DNA of 62,944 nucleotides, the filler included, from Sphacelaria rigidula (lineage: Eukaryota), in NCBI GenBank assembly GCA_964200075.2. It is 10 parts of 10 records of this genome, joined end to end, with 100 filler letters (N's around TTAATTAATTAA, not from the genome) between each part and the next. Parts side by side here need not be neighbours in the genome. Positions count along the whole stretch, not along the records: positions 6,306 to 12,510 come from CAXNAA020021519.1; positions 12,611 to 18,815 come from CAXNAA020021520.1; positions 18,916 to 25,120 come from CAXNAA020021521.1; 7 more parts are not named here. The stretch is one strand, 5' to 3'. The notes under the pieces were generated by a model. That model saw nothing but the letters and a program-made list of their open reading frames with translations, ran no database searches and was not told the DNA's origin. Shown in pieces: positions 11,257-23,335 of this stretch. The stretch's first letter is position 1. Each line of letters opens with the position of its first letter. Position numbers and translations under genes: made by a program.

Positions 11257-12510
11257 AGAAGGTCGAGAATAAAGAAATGAAAGTGTGGGTTCAGGAATAT
11301 TTGTTTTGTGCCCAACTTTTTTTTCGTGAGTTAAGGGCATTTTACTGATACCTGAAAATTGATTATGGCCCTTAACTCATGAAAAAAAAAGCTTGTGCAC
11401 ACTGATATTTTTATTTATTATGCCCTATTCATTGTCCATACCAAATTTCAGGGTCCAACTCTGAATATTGGCCGTACAATGGGCCGTTTAGTGACGGGGC
11501 CAAAAATAAATTCGGAACGGTATTTCGCAGGCCACTTACCAGCCCATGTTTGGTGTCTGCGTATTGATACTTTGTGTGAGCCGTGAATAGGGCATAATTG
11601 ACGAAACAAAGTGGGTCAGGTTGATTTTTTTTCTCCCCACTGGTTTAGGGCGCTTTAGTATGGAAACGACCATTTTTTTACGAGAACGCCCGAACCTCTC
11701 ACAAAAACAAATGAGCGAACCTCTTTCACAAAAAAAAAAATGAGGGCCCATTTTCTTTTTTATTCGGCATCCTCTGTGGTTCTCTATCCTGAGTCTCAAA
11801 TCATAATTCCAAAAATTGAGCTGAGAAATTGAGATAAGGCCCAAGAGCAGTGTTCATTTCATCTCAAAACTTCCCCAAAATCCCGAAAAAATATGAAAAA
11901 AAAACGAAAAAATATGAAAAGCTGTTTTGAAGCTTTATTATCCACTAAACAACGTTTTCGTAAAATTGAGAGTAGAGCGCTGATTGAGAGTGACCCCGGT
12001 AATTCTCTTCAACCTAGCCAATTTTTCGTTACGTTTGTCCTTTTATTTGCCTTCATCACTAGCGTGTGCTCACAGCTACACGTCCATAATATCCTACTCA
12101 GGGCTATGAAGGGCCTCAGTGGCAAGCTGCTACAGAAAGCATGTCAGGCCTCGTGGAAGGGCATTTCGGAACTGAAACGACTCATCCACTAATTGACCGC
12201 TTTTCACTCTCAATCGTATCCTCTACTCTCAATCCCACGAAAACGTTGGTCATAGCGGTTCTCCATACGAAATTTCACAGCATAAACCTCAAAAACTGAG
12301 ACGCGATATATATTCAGGTTTGGTTCATCTAGTGCCTCTGCTCGTAATATACTGATTTTAGTATAAAAACTTATGTGCGTCATATCTCGAGAAAGATGAC
12401 GAATTAGGTAAAGGTGAGGATATCTATCGTCTCCCAACAAACAGCCGATTTTCGAAAATGGGGTTGAAAAAAAAATGAGGTTCAACTCAAAAGCCGTGCT
12501 TTCCCTGACC
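11257..12510. mobile_element. AT-rich non-coding interspersed repeat (family D), probably non-autonomous DNA transposon sequence
   Basis: 11300-11800 matches 44133-44716 in reverse; 12441-12507 recurs at 25036-25100 and 62877-62944. Confidence 0.6.
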
Positions 12511-12610
12511 NNNNNNNNNNNNNNNNNNNNNNNNNNNNNNNNNNNNNNNNNNNNTTAATTAATTAANNNNNNNNNNNNNNNNNNNNNNNNNNNNNNNNNN
12601 NNNNNNNNNN

Positions 12611-12698
12611 AAGGCAAGCAACAAATGAGTACGCCCCCCCCCGCCCGATTGTAGGAACAATTGTCTTATGACTACGGCGTGCGAGATCATGAGTACAC
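12611..12698 (+). mobile_element. Adjacent 3' termini of LINE family 1 (12611-12642) and family 2 (~12670-12698)
   Basis: ...CAAATGAGTACG+C-run, then GACTACGGCGTGCGAGATCATGAGTACACC. Confidence 0.65.
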
Positions 12699-13342
12699 CT
12701 TCGTCGTAGGATCACCAATTTTTCTGTTCTAAATCCAGTTTTTGGAGCTCTGTTCATGTTACTCGAAACATGTATATGCATTCGCGTCGCTGTCGAGCTC
12801 CGCACGGCAGTCACAAGCAGTCGTGGTACACCCCCGCCACCTGCCGGCAGGATATGTTGCGAACGAGAAGGTGTTCGTGCATCACCTCGCAGCCAGATGA
12901 TTTTTCTCCAGGAATGATGCCTGTGCAGTAGCGCGTGCTGTAATGATGTGATCCACAGCAAGCACCGTCGACAGCACATGACAACACCGTGTTAGCTACA
13001 GTGCCCATCGGTACGTATCAGTCGCACTTTCATGTGTGCTGGCCACACAGACGAGTGGCCTGGGTGTGTAGCCAAGCTCGCTTCTCATCGATGGGCATGT
13101 ATACCCGCTACCGGATCCACCGCTTGCTTGCATTTGCAGAGTACGCCCACGGGCAGAGACACGCAGTGCAACTACAGGGCTGTACAGTACTGCTTTGCGG
13201 CCCGTGCATGTGAACATACTGAGTGTCAGGTCGAAGCTATGGCGTGCTGGTAGTTTGCCTTGATGTTGCCTGTATAGTACCTATCGACTAACCCCCAACA
13301 GGCTTTTTGGTCGTTTGTAGACTACGATTGACAAAGCGTCAA

Positions 13343-13443
13343 ACCTTTGACAGCGAGGGTAGGCCATTTGGCCATGCACTCATTTTTCAAGTGAATGTGA
13401 TACTGATTCAACGGATGACTTCTGCTTGCGGTCAAAGGGTTAA
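13343..13443. mobile_element. ~100-bp piggyBac-like MITE
   Basis: AACCTTTGACAGCG...CGGTCAAAGGG-TTAA; similar to 48428-48530 and 49362-49459. Confidence 0.55.
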
Positions 13444-13750
13444 CATATTACGGAAAAAAACACACGAAGCGAGAAAATGACACAAAAAAATAAACACCAA
13501 CTGCTGCTGAGGAAAACCTCCGAAATTTGGAGTTTCATAACTGTCTCTCTTCTGTTTTCTTGACGTCTCTTTTTCATTGTTTACATTTGGTGTTATTTTT
13601 TTTTTTAGAATTTCAGAAGGAACAATGAAAACTCTATCTCTTGTAAGTTATAGCAGGGACGGTATTGAGAAGATGAGCCTACGTCTGTGACCGCGGCTTC
13701 GAGAGATCGGGCTACTGTGCGGAAATAATGATAAAATAATCACGATACCG

Positions 13751-13793
<43 letters not shown>
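13751..13793. repeat. (CTA)n microsatellite
   Basis: Direct reading. Confidence 0.95.
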
Positions 13794-13795
<2 letters not shown>

Positions 13796-15972
13796 ATCCA
13801 GACTCTTGTTTACATAGCTCACGATACCGTCGGAGGGATTATCTCCAGCGACCGAAGCTTTCCCGTGGATATCCTCTCGACGAACGTCTCATCGTCGCTG
13901 ACCCTTCTGGAACCTTTCCTCCGATACACCGATCAGATGCCTCATTATTAATAGTTAGCGACGCCCATTCTTGCTGAAGATGAAGAGAACATTGACGAGT
14001 ATACCCAACTGAGAGGCGCATACAAAAACGAGCATTGCGCTATGGTCGGGTCTAACAACTTGTCCGATATTAGTGCGCTCCGGGTTGCAGTACGCCTGAC
14101 TGTAATAATGTAGAATCATCAGCTGCAGAACGAAAAATTACTTCTTTTTTTTTTCCTTGACGGAATGAGGAAACACAACCCAACACTTACCCCGCAGGCA
14201 AGTTTCGCAAGCGAGTTCGTGTGCCGATTACCCGAAGGCTCGGCTAGACCACCTATAGGCAGTCATGTGGGGAAAGCGCCTCGACCGGTGGCTCAAGGCA
14301 GTGTGGGGGATGCTCCCCCCAATACCCTCTATCAACTTGGTGCAGTGCACGCGGCGCCCTGCTCTTAGGAGCTTCGACCCTAGTCCAATGGTCAAATCGT
14401 CACTTGCAACGGTGCCAGTTCGAGACTGCTCATTGAGGGTACAATACTGGCTGGTTCGCACTTGCAGGTGTCTGTCTATATCGGTGTACATAGTAATGCA
14501 TTGCACGAGAGACAACCAAGTGATCAACCATGCGTGCCATTCCTGAACGTTCCGCGAGTACGCCGGCCTGACTACCCCACCGCTTTTTTGGCGAAAAATC
14601 TGGACAAGCATCCCTTATCTGCATAAAAAAAAGATGGCGAGTTCGAGAATGTTGAAAAATCAGAGGGATCCAGTTTTGAAAGGGTCGACGGGTTACCCAA
14701 TATTTCACGGTAAAGCCAAGTTCAAACTTGGTCGGGGCGAGTTGACGATCACTCGGAAACCTTGACACCCAGAAGACAAAGTTTCCGCCTGAAACCATCA
14801 CTTGAGGAAACCCAATGAGTTATCCCGGACAGATTCCCCTTGTGCAATATCGATGACCTCCACTTCTTGTCCAGCGCTTGTGCATGATGATATTTGATTA
14901 TATGCTTGCTTGGGCATGAATCTAAGCAACGTTTTTTCGCCCGACTCGAACAAGTCACTGACTGCGAAGAGTTATGCGGCTGGTGTTCCGCAATCGATGT
15001 TCTCGAATGATCCTGCACTCCCAGGCGACTTCCTCCCCATCGCGAATCCCCACAGAGATAATTCCATATGCATGACTTTCGATGGAGTCGTTGCCCCAGT
15101 GTTCAATACAAACGAAATTGATCAACTTTCCAAGGCGCGGAGGGGGCACGGCAAATATTGCCCCGCCACCTGAATGAGTATAGTTGCAGCTGAAGCTCAC
15201 GGGAATCGAACAGTTGCCTTTGTATTTTGGAGTTCGGGGACATGTCCGACAGTGGTTTTAGCCGCGAAACAGGCTGCATCGCTGCCATATGACCTAGGTC
15301 ACTGTGTATTACCCCGCTGAGGGGTCTGGCACACTTATTCGATTCTGTAGAGTTCTAGGTCATGAGAGGTTCCCACACGCTTTGACGAAGCTTTTTGCGA
15401 GCGGTTTTGACCCGAGATGGAGGAAAAACATGTACGAACTGGGCTACGCAAATGGCGCCTTACCAGGGATGCAGCTTGACATGAGAAAAATTGGGGTCAA
15501 ATGGGAGTTTTGCGCAATGTCCACTTCGTCTTTGCGTTTTCAACGGCCGATCAGGTTTTTAGCGAATGACCGCTCGGAAAAAGCTACACACCCCATCAAA
15601 CTTGGAAGGTGGCCTGGGTCCCCTCACAAGGAGATGATGCATAGTGTCCGAAACATGTGGCGGTGATGTTCCCTTTTTTGGGTACCGAAAGTATTATCCG
15701 TCGTCCCAAAACCTGAAACATTCAACGCAAATTATATCGCTTCCCTCACGAGGTGGTGTACGTAAGAAATACATATCGACTGTGCCAAGCTGGACCAACA
15801 ACACATGCTACACTTTCCGTGACGCCCCCCTCCCCTGCCCCCCCCTCCCCCGCATCTCCCCATTGTTCACCACCACACATGTATTGCTGGTGAAAACCAA
15901 CACACGCCACATTCCATCCGAGCAGCAGCAGCAGCAGCAGTAGCAGCAACACCACCGCCGTCGTCATCATCA

Positions 15973-17925
15973 ATGACTGGAGCTCTCAATGGCCCTGGCC
16001 CCACCAGCATTGCACCCTTCGCGACTACAGCCCCAAGCGCCGCGGCGGGGGCGGCGGGATGGCGCACGTGGCGAGGGGGCGCCACCCTTGCCGCGGCGAC
16101 TGCGGCAACCTTCATGTGCGTTGCGGCTGGGCTGAATAACGACGGTGCGAACGGCAATGGTAACGTGGTGTTAGCATCAGCTATGGCAGAAGATGTCGAG
16201 GACGTCGGCGGCGGCGAGGTGGCGGCGAAGATGTCGGCCGTATTGCCGCTACTGAGAGCCGCTGTGGGGGATGACAATGTCTCCGTGGATGAGTCAGAGT
16301 AAGCTCCTCCCTATTGCGTGACTGTGTAGCATTGCGGACGGGGGCAAGGGGTGGAAAGGAAAGGGCACGAGGGCTTTTGTCCAGAAATCATGGTATCCAG
16401 GAGCGCTAGTGACATCGAGAGTTGTTGAATCTTTGCAGAAATATGGTGTCCAAGGCACTCTCGCGCGTCATAATTTTAACTGCGTGTGTCTGTATAGGAG
16501 TACGTCTGCGTGTTTATGTGTCTGTGTGTGTCTGTGTCAGTCGGTGCGTCTGTGTGTACGTCTGTGCTCTACTTCAGCGTGCATGTTGCCGTACGGCTGA
16601 ACCCCAGCGGTGGTTTTGATCCATTGAGCCGTCGAAGATATAAATCAAGGCTGGTGCTTCTGTGCTTTTTCCTCGTTGTAAGACTAATATTCCGCCTGCG
16701 CTTTGTTGAGCGCTCGGATATGGTTTGAGGTGTGCAGGCGCGGCTAGCTCACTGCAGCGCGGTAGTACTGATTCAGTGCATGGGCTCTCAGGTGAGCCCC
16801 CCCCCGAAGCACAGTACCCACGCCGTTGAACGTCGTTTGTGTGTGTAGTACCGGACATATTTTGGTTCTGCGAACCTGAATGTCCTGCTTCACATACCCA
16901 AGGTTCAATGGGGTCTTCAAACATACGCTGTCGATGGCGCTACCCCATGTCCTACGGCCGGGGACAACGGAGGGAGAAGATAACTGGCACTATATATGTC
17001 GACATCCTCGTCCTGGTTATGCGCTGAAAGAGTGATGTCCCACGGTTGTGACTGATCTGATTCCGAGTTACGTCCCGCGTCTTTCGAAAAATGACTCAAC
17101 AGGTGTAGCTCTCACGGCAAACCCGCGTATTCGTACCACGAAAGCGCGCGCAGTCCCGACGTGATCGTTTGTCCGGCATCAACGGAAGAGGTGTGTTTCA
17201 CGTCCCGTTCAGGATACCCCGCCCCGTGTGAATCAGCGCGAGGAACTTACGAGAACGACAAGCGCACGTACTGGATAAAAGTTACGTGATTGCATGATGA
17301 ACCCACCATACGATGTGGAAATCAACGCCAGGAATGACGATGAGGAATCGCACGCGTTCATTTGTTGTGAATTTGAGCAGAGAACCGTACCGCGTCTTGT
17401 CAGAATCGGCGCAATGAATGCTGGATAATACACGTGTTCCAACCCTCGCGTCGTGTGATTTCCCGGGGCGTTCATTCTGCCGTGTTGTTCGGGTGTTTGC
17501 TTTGGGCGACGTTTTTTCAGATCTTTCAGCGCAACAATTCTTGGAACGGGAAATGTCAAGCATTCTTCCAGCTCAATAAAAATCGTGTTGTGAACGATAA
17601 ATGTCTCTACCATCCTGGGCATCTGAAAATCCTTGGAAGAGAACACATCTATGTTGAAAATGTTGTTTTTTTCCCGGTCAGATCCAGCGCATACATGTGT
17701 TTCGATGTTGATGACACCTCCGCATATATGAAGACAAACAGTTATGCTGCTTTGCGGCACAAACTATCCGGCTTTCTTCGAGCGTCTTCATCTTCAGAAA
17801 ATATTATTCTGATGCACGCTTTTGTCATATTTTGGAACGGATCGGTACAGGTCGTGTCGATCGTGAAGGCGTGCGCCAAGTACAACATCCCGATGATTCC
17901 CTACGGCGGGGCCACTTCGGTTGAG
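15973..17925 (+). CDS. LDHD: D-lactate dehydrogenase (cytochrome), FAD-linked oxidase family; exons 15973-16298, 17103-17190, 17851-17925; 3' partial, start uncertain
   Basis: GT-AG junctions with consistent phases give ...AVGDDNVSVDESECSSHGKPAYSYHESARSPDVIVCPASTEEVVSIVKACAKYNIPMIPYGGATSVE. This is the N-terminus of the PCMH-type FAD-binding domain, and PYGGATSxEG is characteristic of D-LDH. The Ala-rich leader may be a targeting peptide. Confidence 0.85.
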
Positions 17926-17956
17926 GTAAACGACACCCCCCCCCCCCGCGCGCGCG

Positions 17957-18372
17957 CAGTAGTCGAGTGGAGGAAGTAGATGCACAGAATTGTGCCTGTG
18001 GCAGAGCAGTAGAGAGTGGAACTCATATAGTGGCTGACTGTGAACTTTGCAATGAGAAACGGGACGTGCTAGAGGGGGAAATGCGGGATGTGAACGAAGG
18101 TGGCATGAAATCGTTTGATGCATTCAGGAGACAGTAGGGAGAAAATGACGGCTATACTAGGACAATAGATGATGGCGACAGACGGCGAAACCGGAGAGGG
18201 TAAGATATGTAAAAGGTTTCTGTGTACTGTACGGAAGAAACGTAATGAGCGCCGAAATGTTGGAGGTGTCACTATTCGGAGTAGGGACGGTGCTGCGTCT
18301 CGAAAGGGATGCGTAGTCAATGGTTGAACGACTAAGGCAAGCAGCAAATGAGTACGCCCCCCCCCTCCCCCC
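17957..18372 (+). mobile_element. Longer 5'-truncated copy of LINE family 1 (ORF2 C-terminus with Cys/His knuckle) in a D-LDH intron
   Basis: Reads EVDAQNCACGRAVESGTHIVADCELCNEKRDVLEGEM...RKKRNERRNVGGVTIRSRDGAASRKGCVVNG and ends GAGTACG+C-run. Confidence 0.8.
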
Positions 18373-18971
18373 TCCGCTCCCCGGAAAGTCTGGTCCCGCA
18401 AAACCCGGCGTGCTCCGTCCCGGCTTTGTAGGGACGGACCACCTATGGGGTTGGCGTCGGTTGTCAATCACGCTGTAAACACGCCACTCACTGCGTAAGC
18501 TAGGCGGCCAGGTAACCGGTTTTTTGCGCACTTTCAAAACTATGCTGTCCTTCTTTCAAACCTAGCGGGCGGACGGGGAAGCCGCAATCCCTCGGGTAAG
18601 GAGAGTCATTTCAACCATGTCGATGTACTTTGAAAAAACGAACTCTTTCGTTTTCAAAGGTGTTCCGAATTCGGGTACATAATAACATGTGATATCAATA
18701 CCGAGTGTGACCTCTATAGGCAGACGTCTGCAGACGGGAGGTAGAGTAGATCAACGAAAGCTCCAGATCGCAGCCGACGCCCCCCTCTGCACGATGCTAG
18801 CAACAGTTAGGTCACNNNNNNNNNNNNNNNNNNNNNNNNNNNNNNNNNNNNNNNNNNNNTTAATTAATTAANNNNNNNNNNNNNNNNNNNNNNNNNNNNN
18901 NNNNNNNNNNNNNNNGTGGCACGGGGGGGGCGAGGGGGGGGCGGGGGGTTGGGGGTGTTGTGGACTGGGGC

Positions 18972-19003
<32 letters not shown>

Positions 19004-19331
19004 TTTGATTGCACGAAAAATGAGACTCAAAAGTGTGTCAGACAACCTGCTACACTCGCGGTGCGCTGGTATTTGGTTCAAAACGGTGTCAATCGTTATG
19101 AATGAGCGGTATCTATCTATAACAAGCTCGTTCGAGCAACCGTTGCTGCTTTCAACGACGACTTGACTTGGAATTTCGTGCAAGAATTGGCCCAAAATAC
19201 CCCCCCCCCCATATCGTAGGATAACTCTAAATGTCTCGTCCAGGAAGCGGGGCGGAGCCGTTGTCGTATCCTGCGGCATGCTCATTGCAGTACTCGGATG
19301 TGTTAATAAAACCAATGTAGATAGAGTTCGG

Positions 19332-19651
19332 ACACTTTCTACGGTAGCCCCCCCCGTCTCGAAAGGGATGCGTGGTCAATGGTCAAACGACCAAGGCAAG
19401 CAACAAATGAGTACCCCCCCCCCCAAAATGTGGCTGGTTTGGGGAGGCAAAATTTGCACGTAAATCGAAATGAAAAAGTTCGAGCACAACGAGCACCTGG
19501 TAATTCCCGCGCTTTGATTCGTTTTTGCCGATGTCGCCCTTACGAGGCGCTTCATGCAGCCTGAAACCAAACATCAGGCGCTGTATGACCATTTTTTCGT
19601 GACAGTTTCGGGCTGTTTTTTCTGGGGGGGGGGGGGGCTATTGTTAAAAGT
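19332..19651. mobile_element. MITE family B with a LINE family 1 3' end (19355-19424) inserted in its poly-C tract
   Basis: TIR ACACTTTCTACGGTAG(C)n ... (G)nCTATTGTTAAAAGT; a copy without the insert lies at 37868-38133. Confidence 0.7.
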
Positions 19652-19659
19652 TTCTTCGT

Positions 19660-21607
19660 TGGATTCATGACTGCCGGAACGTTTGCGCTGGTGACTGAAA
19701 TTCCTGAGGGGTGCAACCTTGTGGACGCTAAGTGGTTGCATAAGTTGAAGGGAGATTCACATGATATGGTTGACCGGGCGAAATCCCATGTGGTAGTCAT
19801 GGGATAGAGTCAGGTAGAAGGAGTAGGCTACTTTGAGACGTTTGCCCCAACGCATCTGCTATACTTTAAGCAGGTTGGTGGCGGCATGACATGAAACCTA
19901 GGCTGGGATTTGAAGCTTTTTGAAGTGGAAGAGGTTTTCATTCCGGCGGAGTTGGACACCGATATCTACATGCGCCTTCCCCCCGGTTTTGCATCAGTTT
20001 CTCATAAGGTGGTACGACTCAATAAGGCCTTGTATGGATTGAAGCAGAGTGGTCGTGCGTGCTGTCACCTGTTGTCATCCACCCTGATGGAATGTTGTTT
20101 CGAGCAACGCTTGGTAGATCCCGGTGTGTTCCGACTGAGGGTTGCTGGTGACGTTGTGGCGATGGTGGTCTTTCATTTGGACGATAGCATAGTACCAGCT
20201 ACTGAGGAAGTGACTAAAGTGATAGTCGGTGCGCTCCATCAGAGATTTTCCGCTAAACATCTCGGTGAGGTAGAGTGATACGCGGGGAGTGGGGACAAAA
20301 GAGACGCAGAGAACGCAACTTTGGAGAGTTTACAAACCCAGTTCATTCGGAATGTGTTAAACCGTTCTGACGTCTCGACGACCAGCCCCAGTCCCGCTAC
20401 CCCTTCCTTAGACCTCAAGCACGCAAGCAAGGAGGAGACCGTGGTGGATGTGCCTTTCCGTGAGATCGTGGGGAGCCTGGTGTGGATAGCAAACCAGACG
20501 AGGCCCGATATCGCGAATGCGATTCGGGCAATCGGGCGGTTTTCACATGACCCCAAGCTGATTTAATGGAAGTCATCATAAAAGATACTCCGATACTTGT
20601 ACACTACGTTGAACTCAGGTCTACTTTTCAAGAAGAGCAGCGACTTGGGATGTTCTCAGTTGTAGAGTGACTTGAATACTTACATTGACGCAGACTACGC
20701 CCATAAAGCGGAGGACCGACGTTACGTTTCTAGTTTAAGTAATTGCTGCGGAGGTACGCTAGTATCTGGCTCTCTGGAACGCAGAAGGGCGTCACCCTAT
20801 CTACCACTGAGGTAGAGTATGCAGCAATGCCAGACGATGTTAGGGGGGGCGTTCATGTGAGGAGGGCTCTGACGTTCCTAATGCCCGATTTGGGGGCGAA
20901 AAGCGTCGGCGTTTTCGAGGACAACAGGGGGGCGAAAGACTTCGCTAAAAGTCCCTTGAGCTCATCCAACAGCAAGTACATTGGCGTACGGTACCAGTTT
21001 CTCAGGGAACTGGCTGTTAGGGGCGATATCTCTGTAAAGTATCTTCAATCAGAAGATCAGCATGCAGATGTTCTCACGAAAGCTATTGGTGAACAGAGTT
21101 TCAGAAAACACCACCATTGACCTCTTGGGCAGGGTGTACATTTTTTTGCGATTATTTTGTTTTGTAGCGGACCCTACAATTTGTGATAAGGGATGATAGT
21201 AGGAACTTCGATCTAATGTAGTTTATTCGATAATAACCAGGCCATGCTTAGGCTTGCTAGTCGATACAGCTAGGGAGGGTGTTCAGTATAGCTGGTCTAG
21301 GAATATAAGCCAGCATGTATGCGGGGGACAATCGCGGGGGATTCAAGTGTTGTAAAAAATGTTCTTCACAAGGTTCCCCATGATTGAGGAACGGAAAATT
21401 GTCCCGAGTTCTCATGCTCTGGGACTGTTTCAAGGGTCGGACGAATTACTGATTCTTCTGAATATTACTTGATTTTAGTGCAGTTGATGCGAACCGCACG
21501 AATCAATCCTTGGGCTTTGTTATCAGCGTTGCGACCCAGGGACGCGCACCCCAGGCACGTGGAATGGCGCAAAAATTGAGTAGAGACTTTTTCGACCAGC
21601 GGTCAAC
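19660..21607 (+). mobile_element. Degenerate Ty1/copia retrotransposon: RT, RNase H, PPT and probable 3' LTR from 21280
   Basis: AKW, YFETFAPT, LNKALYGLKQSGR, FHLDD, PFREIVGSLVWIANQTRPDIA, DADYA, LSTTEVEY, FEDNRGA and QHADVLTKA motifs with stops and frameshifts. AGGGAGGG precedes TGTT at 21280. The LTR end is approximate. Confidence 0.92.
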
Positions 21608-22560
21608 TTTTTTCTCTCTCTCGAGCAATCAGGCCTAAAACAATGTGGATTTGATGGTTCGCACCGACGATGATTCGTCCAAACCTTGAACTGTTTGTGT
21701 AGGCTCTATCTAAGTTGCGGCTCTTGCATCGACAGGAGGTTTTGGATTGTGGGCAGTCGAGACTTGGCGGTGCTTCACGCCCTCCTCTCCCACCCGTTTC
21801 CCCCACCTCTCTTCACCCCGTTTCCTACGTCCATACATGCTGGCTTATGTCCCCAGATCAGCTATACTGAACAACTTGTACCGCAACGCTGCTGCCCAAC
21901 GCCCCAGGGAGGGTTATTTCCGCGTGTGGGGATGCAGAGGGGTCGGCACTACATAAAAATGCATGAATCTTCGTGAGAGCAGGTTTTGATCGATCGGAAC
22001 TACACGACAAGGCCCATACCCATGACCTCGGACCCTACTGTACTATTGAAGTCCCAGTTTGAAGTCCCAGTTCAGTGCGGTGGTTCTCTAGTCGGGGATG
22101 ACCGTAGTGTGATGGGACCCCCACTCTTTTGTACACGCCCACCTCTCACTGGAGAGCAATGTCACGGTAGCGTTGCACATTTTTTCTGAGGCTCTTTGGT
22201 GTAAGAGCCTCTCGATGACGAATATCTGGGCGTTGGTGTGCAGCCTCAGACAAGTTTTGACCCAAAAAGTGAACCCCTGCCGTGGCATCACTCTGGATCA
22301 TAACTCTAATGCTCAGCAGTAGCATAAAATAGCCGCGAATATCACCCCCCCTCTGCCCCCGGGGTTGGCGTCGATTCGCAACGACGCTGAAAAACAGGCC
22401 ACTCACTGCGTAAGCTAGGCAACCAGGTTACCGTTTTTTTCTCGCGCTCTTTTTCTTGCGGTAACCATAATGGTGGTCGAGCTGGATCATATTGTGCGGG
22501 GTGGGAGAACCCGAACTCCACTTACAGGGCATGATGATACTGCGTAGTGTTTAAATGGTG

Positions 22561-22840
22561 ACATACCCATGAGGCAGTGTGGAACCCGTGGCTGTGTCTG
22601 GGAGTGGCGATACTATAATAGAATATGAAGCGACTCATTGGAGGCTGCCATCTGTGTGTAAGACAATCAGTACGCTTCGGGCCGAAGAATCTTATCAGGA
22701 TGCAGGTCACCCTTCATGCGACTCGCCGAACACATCACGGCGCTTCGTGCTTGGCGATTGATTACGAGCGTGGCCCGGCGAAAACCCGGCGAGCGAGGTG
22801 TCAATGGCCACAGAGCCCCTGCCCTCCCCGCCCCCTCCCG
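22561..22840 (+). mobile_element. LINE family 2-related 3' fragment (also 56530-56640)
   Basis: Shares CCCATGAGGCAGTG...CTCATTGGAGGCTG with 56536-56640 and GGCCCGGCGAAAACCCGGCG with family 2; ends in a C-rich tract. Confidence 0.5.
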
Positions 22841-22844
22841 GAGG

Positions 22845-23335
22845 ACATTTTTTCGAAAAATGCCGTGACTTTTTTTTGTTGATTTTGTTGCCGGAAATTG
22901 ACCAATAAACACTGATAAAAACCGAAAAAAAAGTATGGTGGGCTTTGCGGGAGTTCCATATTTGCTTCTGCTTCTTGCCCGCTCTATCGCGATGACCTGG
23001 AATGCCGGCCACGCTCACTCACGTCTATGTACACGAGCGCACGGTAGCAGTAGCCTGTGGCCAAAGTAGCAACATCATTGTCTCACGCCTCGCCAAACTT
23101 GCCCGGACTACTGGTAGGTACTCGAGGCACACAACACGGAACATGATCTCATGAATGTAATCATGGTGATGAGTGATGGGCGTGGGGGGAGAGCGGCGTG
23201 GCCACCATCTTAACGGTCTAGATGCCAAGAATCTCTGTACACGGCAGCTGCCCGCGTCCGCCAATGTCTCGGCTATAAACTAGGGGACAGAAGGCTGGGT
23301 GCCCCCCCCTCTTCCCCCCGTCAAAATCTCAATTT
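22845..23335 (+). repeat. ~500-bp interspersed repeat family C (second copy 58495-59010)
   Basis: Colinear similarity, e.g. ACACGAGCGCACGGTAGC, TCTCACGCCTCGCCAAA and TAAACTAGGGGACA. Confidence 0.8.
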
